Origin: Seison nebaliae | Taxonomy: Eukaryota | Reading direction: 5' to 3' | Assembly (NCBI GenBank): GCA_023231475.1 | Contig: JALJEE010000150.1 | Span: 1 to 52,451, forward strand | DNA length: 52,451 bases | Part shown: piece by piece, positions 13,401 to 24,117 of the stretch | Layout of the letters: every line of letters starts with the position of its first letter | Position numbering within the stretch: the first letter of the stretch is position 1 | Notes under the pieces: model-generated | Databases searched by the model: none | What the model was told of the DNA's origin: nothing | Seen by the model: only the letters and a program-made list of their open reading frames with translations | Position numbers and translations under genes: made by a program

Positions 13401-16400
13401 AATTTCTCTTCAATACATTTCTCCGGATGCTGATGCATTGAGTAAAATTAATGTCTATATAAATTCCCCACCGACTAACGGATATTGTGAGTTGGATGTA
13501 ATTGAAGCGAAGACGACGGATTCCATTGGATTTCGATGTGAAAATTGGATAGATGCAGAGAATAAATTGAATCGTGTCAAACTATTTAAAAAAGATCCAA
13601 GTGAATTATTAGAACAAAGTATGTTGGTTGTCCAATTTAACGACACAAATAACGATACAAATGGTTTCCACTATTTCTACTTACCAGTAGGTAGTCATAA
13701 TTTATGGTATACAGTTTATGATAATATGGACGCGTCTGTTACTCTTTTCCTTCAATCCATCAACATTTATGAGGACGAATCAGCGATCGATGATATATTA
13801 TCATCAAATATAATGGGTGTGACATCATCATCTGATTCTTTGGTGAACAAAGCGAGTGGAAATTCGATTATCGATAAAATAGTTTCCGGAAGTGCGCAAG
13901 AAAAATCCAATTTAGTTCTCTCTATTGTCGAACAATTATCCATAAAACGGAAAAGAGCAGTAAGAGAAAACGGTTATTCATCATCCTCTAATCCAGCAAC
14001 GGAGTCGATTGATAGAAATGAACCGATATCATCATTTCCATTAAATATGAATTCTTCATTTGGTTTCGATGATTTATCACTTGATGATAAATTGGATGAA
14101 GATTTAATGTTGAGTGATGACACTCCAATTAAATCGATCGAACAACAACAATTAAATCGTCGAAGTTTATCAGCTCGACCAAATTCGTCTGACGAAAAAG
14201 TACAAGAAAGAGAGAAGACTTCCAATTTCCTTAAATTTATGTTGGAATCAGTTGGGGGAAATACGAGAGCGAAAAATATCGACGAAAGTAATTTGGTGGC
14301 GGAGGCATTGGCATCTCTTTCAGATCTCTCAGCTGATATGAATGTCAATACTATAGAATCTAATGCACATTTATGTAATCAGTTAGCAAGAACGACTCAA
14401 CAAGTGTTCGGTGATACATCATCATTCCAATCGATCGTTTCAATGGCGAAAGCTATTTTGAAATGTTCTGGAAATTTAATGAAGAATTCTGGTGGAACAG
14501 TTGCTGGTAGAATACCAACATTAATTTCTGATTTTGATGATATAAATTCCATCGAAGCATCTTCCGATACGGATTTGGAGAATATTTGGGGTTATAATCG
14601 TGCATTTGAATCGAAACTTAACGAAAATACTGATGAAATGATCAAGATAAATCGAAATGTTCGTCGTCATCAACAAATGGCAATTCAAGTAGCGAAAGAG
14701 ACGTTGGGTTCAATTCAACGAATATCCTCCGTCGCCATGAAACAAATGGTAGTCGATGAAGAATTGACGATACCAGCGAGTGATGTTCGTGTTACTTTAT
14801 CTGCAATTCGAGGTAACGAAATAAAAGACCTGGAAGTGACTGAAGGTTTTGGTAAATTCACTTTACCCTCCACTTGTGACATGTCCTTATCATCATTATG
14901 TTCCAACACTAATTTTTCAACTGTTAAATTACAAAGTATCTCAATGACAATGGCACCGTCGCCAAAATTGAATGAGGAATATGGTGCCAATATTGGAATG
15001 GAGAATGATATTTATCCAGTGGGAATGTCTAATTTGATGTCACTCACTTTATTCGACGAGAAGAATGAAATATTGAAAGTTGAAGAGAGTCAGAAAGAAA
15101 TTGAAATATTCATTCCTCGAGACTCGTCAATTGAGGAACCGAAATTTGCAAGAATTAATGGAACAATCGATTTGAGGACACAAGGTCATGTCAATTTCAA
15201 ATATCATAAAATGAATTTACTAATGGCGAATGCGAGTATTCATATCGATATCCGTCCACTTGCTGTCGATGATGAGAATAGCTATTTGATCATTTTGAAA
15301 AGGAACGATAAAGCCATTCTCAATTCGACATATCAACAAATTGATGATTGGAAGATTGTGGATAAAAGATGTGTCGTTGCTAATACATCGAATAATTACT
15401 ATTCTTATTCATATTTAAATACAAATAATACTTTTGGAAATATTTCGATTGGAATTCGAGAATTAACAGAAGAAGAACAAAAGAAAATCGAAGAAGATTC
15501 AACTGGAAAATTAATTAATTTAATCAATGACGATCCTGTAAATTTTACTTCGGATTATCTTATCCGTTTCTATTCGTCCGCATGCTATTATTATAAGAAT
15601 GGCAAATATTATGCTGATGGATTGAGAGTGGGTGATAAGACAACTTTTCGATATACTCATTGTTATTCAACTCATTTATCAGAATTCGCTAGTGGATGGA
15701 TCGTTTTACCGACAGCGATCGATTTCGATTATGTTTTCGCCAATGCCTCTTTCGCCGCTAATCCCACAATATATTCAACAATTATCATTATATTCGTTTC
15801 GTATTTATTCCTACTCATTTATTCGAGACGAAAAGATAGAAGTGATGTGAAGAAATTAGGTGTTTCGCCATTACCTGATAATAATCAGAATGATGATTAT
15901 TTTTATGAAGTTATCGTTTATACGGGAAATAGAAAGAATTCTGGTACTAGAAGTAACGTCGCTATTATTTTATCGAGCGATGAAAGAGATACAGGTATTC
16001 GTGTATTGGAGGATGAGGAAAGACCATTATTTCAACGAGGTTCTTGTGATGCTTTTGTTTTATCGACCGCCGAATCTCTCGGCCCATTAACTTATTTACG
16101 AATTTGGCATGACAATAGTGGAAAGAAGAATGATGCATCTTGGTATCTGCGATATGTTCTCGTAAAGGATTTACAAACTAAAGAGAAATATTATTTCATG
16201 TGTCAACGATGGTTGGCAGTAGAGAAAGGAGATCATTTAATCGATCGAATGTTACCCGTCGCTAACGAAGAAGAAACTCAACAATTTTTCCTGTTGTTTG
16301 CAGAGAAGGCAACGAAATCGATGAATGATTCACATTTATGGTTTTCGGTATTTGCTCGACCACCTTCCTCCACTTTTACTCGTGTCCAACGACTTACTTG

Positions 16401-19264
16401 TTGTTTAACTTTGTTGCTTTTGACGATGTTGATGAATATCATGTATTACGATATACAATCGGATGCCGATGTTAAATCATCGAGTGGCTCCGGTCTTCAT
16501 TTAGGTCCTTTCCATATCACTCAACAACAAACGAGTGTTGGTATAATCAGTTCAATAATTATTCTAATTCCTTCTCTTATGATCGTGGAATTGTTTCGTC
16601 ATACTCAACCGAAAACCAAACCAATTAATCAATTACATCAAGCCCTCCTTAAAAATTATCAACAAGCGAAAAAAGTGAAAAATGTGAAGAATTTCAAAGA
16701 GTTCTCCAAACTCGAAATAGATCCATCATCTTTCATGAATTTGAAAGATAGTAGATCTCCTAAACATTCAGCCACTTCCATTAAACGTCCATCTCCACAT
16801 AATTCAGCCACTTCCACTAAACGTCCATCTCCACATCATTCCGCTGTTTCAACTTATCGACGAAGTAATCAATCCTCTTTAAGTTTGTATGATATTAATA
16901 TGAGTATCAATAATTCATACAAAATCACCGAGAACGACAATAGCAAAGAGAATCATGAGAAAATTAAGAAGAAGTTCATGTTGCCCTGGTGGATGGTAAT
17001 TGTCACGTATTTCCTCACATTTGTCATTTGTGGAATTTCCGTTTTCTTCATCATTTCCAAAGGAATAATGTTCGGTGATGAGAAAGTTGCTGATTGGTTG
17101 ACGTCACTTGTCTTGTCCTTTTTCACCAGTATTCTCTTCACTCAACCCATCAAAGTCATATTGATGGCCGCTATCATTTCCATTATTTGTAAGAAGATAT
17201 CGAAAGATGATATCGGAGATTTGGACGAATTAGAATTTCGAGAACAATTAAAGAAGAATATAATTAAGGAAGATGAAGAATATTTACATAAACTCAGTGT
17301 TAATTCACTTTTGGCTACTCGCCCAAGAAAACGGATGGTACAACTTCCTAATCGATATGAACAGACGAATTCTCGATTGAAATTGGAAGAAGAACAACAA
17401 ATTGTTGGAACGACAACGAATATAGTTCTGTATATTTTCGTTCTATTTATTATGTATCTTATCGCTTATGGTGGACGAACGAAGACGTTATATGAACTCC
17501 AAGAAAATTTGCAAACAACTTTCGTCAACGATCGACTTTATCCCTTTCCGATCATTAAATCTCAAGAACAATTTTTCATTTGGTTCAAAGAAGTTTTCTT
17601 ACCAAACATTCGTGCAACCACCTGGTACAATGACCAACCACCAATTGACGAAAGAGGTTTCATTGGTGATCGAACAAATCGTTTATTAGGATATGCTGTA
17701 ATGAGACAAGTACGATTGAAGAAAGACAAATGTCGATTGATTGATGATTTGAAGAAATATTATAATTCTTGTTCGACTCATTTCCAATTGATGAAAGAAG
17801 ATAAAATTGATTATGGTGTCAATTGGACGAAATTGACAGTGGAAAATTTAGAGAAATGGAAAAAAGAAAGTGAACAATTTGCAGATTATTCAAATACTTT
17901 AAATGTTACCGAATTTCGTTATTCATCAGCGACACAATTAAATTCGTTACCATATGGGGGAAAATTTGCTTTTTATTCTGGTGGTGGTTATGTTTTCGAA
18001 ATACGAGGAAGTTTCGACATTTTATTGAAGAAGTTTCAACAATTGAAAAATCGTCGATGGATCAATCAACAGACAAGAGCGATATTCGTCGAATGGAGTC
18101 TGTACAACGCCTGGACGAATGTTTATTGTTCGTGTCAGATGTTGTTGGAATGGTTACCGTCGACCGGTTTCGTTACATCCTACCATTTCGAACCAATGAT
18201 TCTCACGATCAATTTAAACGGTTTTGAATTAATTAGATTTATTGGAGAAATCATCTTTTTCATCATTACCCTGGTGAAAACGATAACTTTCATTCGAAAA
18301 ATCATAAATGAAAAATGGAAAACTTTATTGAAATCATTTTGGTGTATCGTTGATTTATTGATTTTAATATTTAGTTGGAGCGTTTGTATCATTTATATTT
18401 ATCGGACGATTAAGATGAAGGAAATCACTTCGACATTCAAAAAGACTAGTGGAAATAAATATATTCGGTTAGATTATATGTCATTTTGGAATCAACAATA
18501 TTGGACTATGATGGGATTTGTTCTCTTTCTCTCCACTATCAAAATTCTTCAACTTCTTCAATTTAATTTACGTATAAAAATGTTGGGTAGGACGTTGAAG
18601 AAATGTAGTCAGGAATTGATTTCATTCAATATTATGTTCTTTTTTATTTTCGTTGCATTCTGCTCCGCTTTCTATCTTTCCTTCTGTAATCGATCTCCAT
18701 ATTTTTTCTGTTTCGTTAAAACCATGTATACCGGTATGGAAATGATGTTAGGTCAATTCCATTTCGACGATATGCTCGAACTCAAATCTCCTTTACTTAT
18801 CATGTTCATTTGTCTTTATAATTTCTTCGTGATTTGGTGTCTACTCTCCATGTTCATCACTATTATCTGTGACGCTTTCTCTCAAGTCAAATCGAATTGG
18901 AGTTCGGAGAATAATGATTTGAATATCATTTCGTATTATTCTAATAAAATTTTTGGAAATACCTCCTATATGGAGGAGATGGAACAACGAAATAAACGAA
19001 ATAAATTACTTTCAACCATCGAAGTATTCCCAAGAAAGATCGATGAATTTCTTTACGTCATCAATGAAGTTCCACTTTCTTTTTTCATTTATTCTGTTTA
19101 ATGTTTTTTAAAAGATTTATACGGAAGAAGGATTGAATGAACAAATGTATTATGAGAAGTTAAGTAGAACTCAATTGGATCGATTAGCGAAAATGAAAGC
19201 AAAAGCGATGGAGGAGGAAGTGAAGAAGAATGGCAAATCGACGAGACGATTAAAGAAGAAATAA
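7405..19264 (+). CDS. Polycystin-1 family (PKD1-like/REJ) 11-TM receptor, ~3,820 aa
   Basis: Signal peptide, WSC-like Cys domain (CKQAC..CRC..CNYYPCNGDSSMSCGG), PKD repeats (INYGNG, CDWGDG), REJ region, GPS (THCYSTHLSEF), PLAT/LH2 (YEVIVYTG..LRIWHDNSG..SWYL), and the polycystin channel region. Inferred introns 7481-7524, 8356-8397, 8556-8605, 9213-9268, 9419-9466, 10820-10864, 11063-11119 and 19069-19114. An alternative in-frame ATG lies at 7372. Confidence 0.92.
16756..16860 (+). repeat. 36-nt coding tandem repeat (~3 copies) in a cytoplasmic loop of the PKD1-like gene
   Basis: Units of tctcc....attcagccacttcca.taaacgtcca encode SPKHSATSIKRP / SPHNSATSTKRP / SPHHSAVSTYRR. Confidence 0.85.
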
Positions 19265-19348
19265 ATTTTTATTTAAATGAGAAATTAATTGAGAAACTTT
19301 AAATTGACTATAATAATAATTTAATATTAATTTTTCATGGAAATTTAA

Positions 19349-20468
19349 TCATGAATAAATTGAATAATCATTTGAAGTTGGATAGTTTTGTGAATTATTG
19401 TGATTATTCGTTATATGATATAAATAATTCTCGTTGAATTGTGAGGAATATAATGCATTCAAATTATTATAATCCATTTGATTATTCGGAAAATTTATGG
19501 TATCACTTACAGGGGGATTTGTGATTGATGATGATAATAATGATAATGATGATGCCGAATCGATTGATGAGGATGAGATTGATGATAATGATAATTGTTC
19601 GTCACTGGATGATGATGGACGATTTTCTTTTTCTTCTTCATTCTTCTTCTTTGCTTGATATCGGAATGAACGTCTCAACATTGAACCGTTATCGAACATC
19701 GATATACATTCCGGATGTAATGTCCATCTTCCTTTACCTTTCTTATTATTTTCATCTGAATCTTAGAAAGAAAAAAAGAATTATGAATAAAAATTTCAAA
19801 AAAAATTTTAACTTCCTCTTTTCCGTTTTCTTGTTGTTTTTGTCGGTTCTTTCATTTCTTCACTTGGAACTTTGATGAAACAATCGTTAAAAGAGAGTGT
19901 ATGTCGAACGGTATTTCTCCATTTGAATTTCGGTTGTAATTCTCGATAATAAGGAAATGCTGTTTCGATATATTCGTAAATTTCTTGAAGTGTCATTTTT
20001 AGATCATCCGTCGATTTCAATGCCATCGAAATGAGAGCGATGAATGAGTATGGTGGTTTTATCTAAACGATAAAAATTAGAATATTAATTGAAAAAATGA
20101 AAAGAAACTTGTGTATTTAATGAACGAGAATTATTAAGAAGATTCATTGAGTCTTCACTTTGATCTGATGAAACGGCGATGGTATTTGAACCATTTAAAT
20201 TTTCTTTCGATAATTTAATTCTTTTCGATGAAACTTCCTCAATTTCATCATTAACTGTTTGATTGATTGTTGTAGGCGGGACATATGATGAATATAGTTC
20301 GTTATAATAAAGAAGATAAGAATAATAATAATTATTCATCATCGTCGTTAAATCGTTTGATGATTGTGGAGAAGTGAGTGATGATAATCCGTTTAAACCG
20401 AATTGGATACTTTGTTCATTAAATGCATCCGTCGATTGTAATTGATAATTCAAATAGTTTTGCGGCAT
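19349..20468 (-). CDS. Forkhead transcription factor, divergent FoxA/FoxB/FoxAB-type, 3 exons
   Basis: Spliced domain KPPYSFIALISMAL..MTLQEIYEYI..FPYYRE..WRNTVRHTLSFNDCFIKVP..GKGRWTLHPECISMFDNGSMLRR. Confidence 0.9.
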
Positions 20469-20959
20469 ATTCTTTTCAACTTGATGAAAAAAGTTGGATT
20501 TCAATGAAAATTATAAAATCAACAAATCGTTTGATGAATATGAAATAAATCCCAAGAGTGGAAATAGTAACTGATAGTTGTTTTAATTGAATAGACAAAC
20601 AACTAACAATGATATTTATATGTGTTAAAAGTAAAATTATCAGTAAATTGATGAGGAGAAAGAAGAAATTATCAGGACAATTTATTAAGTTTAATTAAGA
20701 AAGATTTACAAAAGTTGATAAATTCAGCCATCTCGACAGGAGGAGAGGTAAATGATACAGAAATTAATTAATTAGCACTTTATTAACGAATATTTCCCAA
20801 TCCATTAACTTCTTCTTCATAATTTATTTTAATTGATAAATTGGATATCAATTTATTTTCTTGATAGTTATTCCCAAATTTCTTTTCTCCTCTCAAATTT
20901 CTCTCTGAAATTCCTCAGGATGTTGAGAAGAATTTGGGAAGGTTTCATTTTTCACGAGT

Positions 20960-21809
20960 TCATTGTTTGGATGCTTCACATTGAATGATGCTGTCAATTC
21001 CTGTCTCTATCTGATAGGACAAAGCGAATGCATCTTGTCCATGACAATAATAGTTAGGCAACCGTTCATTTATAAGGAATCCCAAATTCGTATAAAGACG
21101 AATAGCTTTCTCGTTTGATGTTTCCGCTTCTAATTTGATCTAATTATCCAAAAAAGTTGATAAAATGTTGAAAATTAAATAAAATCAATCTCACTTCAAG
21201 ACAACCATCTTTAATTAATTGACTGATTGCACATTTGATGAGATTTGAACCTTTGAAATAATTCAAAAAATTGAAATGATAAAAATTCCATCAAGAAACT
21301 TTTCAGAAAGATATTTTGAAAATAAATTGTGAAATAAAAATTATAAAAGAAAACTTATAAGTGTTAATGAAAAAAATGAAAGATTTTTAAAAAATTTTTT
21401 AATATTAACCGATTCCTTTTTTTCTAAATTCATTGATAACTGTTAACATGGCAATATATCCACTGACATCATTCGACTCTAATTCACTTCCCTTACAAAC
21501 GATCACTCCGATAATTCTTTTATTTTCAAGTTTCTCAAATTTCTCCTTGTCATCAAATGGAATATAAGATCGGAATGATTTCTCTTTTGATAATGGAATA
21601 ACGGAGGAAATATCATCTGCCGAATAAGCGACGATACAAGCATCGGGCCAATTCCGAATGAAATATCGATATGTGTAAATTGTATAAGGTTCACTCAACG
21701 CCTCATCAATCAAATGCATGATCTCATTGAGGATATTCTCTCCTCGATATGTATCATAAATGATGTTCAATTTTTCATCATAAAATGGGAAATTTAAATT
21801 TTCACTCAT
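20960..21809 (-). CDS. NAA30: N-alpha-acetyltransferase 30 (NatC catalytic subunit, Mak3), 3 exons
   Basis: LSEPYTIYTYRYFIRNWP, GYIAMLTV..FRKKGIGS, IKLEAETSNEKAIRLYTNLGF..RLPNYY..GQDAF. Confidence 0.92.
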
Positions 21810-22116
21810 ATCCAAATAACATCAAACAAATGAAATATTTCATGTGGTTGGTTAATAAAAATATAAAATATATTTCGAATTGAAATTGAATTTTCGAAAA
21901 AGAAATTTTCTTTAACTTTTTTCAATTTTCAAATTTTAAGCATTCCATCAACACTTCGTTTCTCAACAACAACAACATACTTTCATCGTGTTTTCAAATC
22001 TCTATCTTGAACATAACATTATTTCTTATCAAACTCTTTTTGAAAGATATTTGTTTAATAATTTTAATCAAACCTTTATTTTTTGTTAGAAAATTTGTTA
22101 TTGAGATTATTGGAAA

Positions 22117-22905
22117 ATGGGTTATCGAGGTCCGAGGAAACATATGAAGAGGTTGAACGCTCCACGTCATTGGATGTTGGATAAGTTGTCTGGAGCGTTC
22201 GCTCCTCGACCTAGTTCGGGACCGCACAAAGTAAGAGAATGTCTTCCTCTTATTTTACTTTTACGTAATCGATTGAAATACGCTTTGACTGGAAGTGAAG
22301 TAAAGAGAATTTGTAAACAACGTCTGATTAAGGTTGATGGGAAAGTGAGAACTGATATTTGTTATCCTGCAGGATTTATGGATGTCATCGAAATTGAGAA
22401 AACGAAAGAATGGTTTCGTCTCTTGTACGATGTTAAAGGAAGATTCCGAGCACATCGAATATCTGAGACTGAAGCTGAATACAAATTGTGTCGAGTGACG
22501 AAAACTGGTGTGGCAGCAAAGAATGTTCCATTCATTGTTACTCATGACGGAAGAACAATCCGTTATCCAAATCCTGCAATCAAGAAAAATGATACAATTC
22601 AAATTCAGATTAAAACGGGCACTATTATGGATTATATTAAATTCGATCATAATCAAATCGCTATGATCACAGCCGGAAGAAATTTGGGAAGAATTGGAAT
22701 TATTCGAAGTATCCGTCATGAGAAAGGTTCGCACGATATCGTCCAAATGACTGACGAGAATAACAACAAATTCGCCACAAGAGCTGACAACGTTTTCGTC
22801 ATTGGACAAGGCAGAAAACCGTGGGTCTCATTCCCGAAAGGAAATGGTGTACGAAAAACGATTGCTGAAGAACGTGATATTCGATTGAAGAGAGCTGACG
22901 AATAA
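22117..22905 (+). CDS. RPS4: 40S ribosomal protein S4 (eS4), intronless CDS
   Basis: [41 protein letters not shown]; 262 aa. Confidence 0.98.
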   Translation: MGYRGPRKHMKRLNAPRHWMLDKLSGAFAPRPSSGPHKVRECLPLILLLRNRLKYALTGSEVKRICKQRLIKVDGKVRTDICYPAGFMDVIEIEKTKEWFRLLYDVKGRFRAHRISETEAEYKLCRVTKTGVAAKNVPFIVTHDGRTIRYPNPAIKKNDTIQIQIKTGTIMDYIKFDHNQIAMITAGRNLGRIGIIRSIRHEKGSHDIVQMTDENNNKFATRADNVFVIGQGRKPWVSFPKGNGVRKTIAEERDIRLKRADE

Positions 22906-23293
22906 TTTTGATATTTATTACGTGAAGAAAATAAAATTAATTTCCATTTAATTCTCTCATAATAATTGGGAATTTTCATTAAAAAATTTAATTGAAAATT
23001 TTTCTTTCAATTTCCTTTTACTTCATACATGATGGAATTGTTTGATTTCCAGAAAATTCCATTAATATCTAATAGGAATTGAAGAATTTTTAATTATTTT
23101 GAATAATGTCATTTTTCTATTATGATTGAGCCAATAAATTGAATAAAAAAAATTACAGGAAATTTTAATGGAATAAAATTTAATAGAATTGAATGAAAAT
23201 TTTCGACTATTTCCAACTGAAATCATACTTATTGACTATTCGTCGTTTTTTAGTGAGAAAAAAAAGAAATCGTTTGTTTAGCGAAATAGAAAA

Positions 23294-23828
23294 ATGAATA
23301 CAATTATTTTATCTATTTTTTTGTGCATTATCGTTGCATTTGATTGTGCTAAAGAAATTACACAATTACAAATTGGAATTAAGAAACGAATCGCAGAAGC
23401 GGATTGTAAGGAGAAATCGAAGAATGGAGATTCTCTACAAATCAATTATGAAGTTCTTCCATATTTTATTTGTCATTTCTTTTAATTGAATTAGGGAAAA
23501 TTATTAGATGGAACTTTGTTCGATTCGAATTTAGACAAGGAAAATTCTTTTAAATTTATTCTGGGAAGTGGACAAGTAATTAAAGGATGGGAATATGGTC
23601 TAATTGGGTTAGTTCTAACATTTTCACAATTTCATCTTTCCATTTGACAGAATGTGTGTGGGAGAGAAACGACGTTTGAAAATTCCATCCTCAATGGCTT
23701 ATGGAGAGAATGGAAGTGGTGAGAAAATTCCACCAAATGCATCGCTCATATTTGATGTTGAATTACTTGGAATAAAGCAACATGGACAGGAGGAATCTGA
23801 AATGGAAGAGGAACCAGATGAATTATAA
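23294..23828 (+). CDS. FKBP2: ER FK506-binding peptidyl-prolyl isomerase (FKBP2/FKBP13), 3 exons
   Basis: Signal peptide, [54 protein letters not shown]-terminal PDEL. Introns 23453-23494 and 23608-23650. Confidence 0.92.
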
Positions 23829-24117
23829 ATTGATAAAATGATAATTTGATCTCGTTAAATATTTGAATAATAAAATTTGTTACAAGTAAATTAATTTGTT
23901 TTATTTGATGAACATTTTAATAAGAAATTGAATATAGAGGAATAATTTGTAAAAAGTTAAAACAAAAGAGGAAACTGGAAAGGAAATAAGGATTAAACTT
24001 TGTCAATTTTTGGTATAAATTAAGTGAAAGTTTCTGATGAAAACGATGAATGGCAATATGAAAATGAATTAGATGAAGTTTCTTTCGTTTTCGACATGGA
24101 ACGAATTTCCTTATTCA

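Noticed and set aside
22261..22809. 182-aa antisense ORF over RPS4, and similar shadow ORFs over PKD1-like, MPP5 and LINE ORF1
   Set aside because: These are antisense or alternate-frame shadows of real genes with no recognisable motifs.
24030..24070. Hammerhead-like CTGATGA..GAAA
   Set aside because: The required flanking helices are absent.
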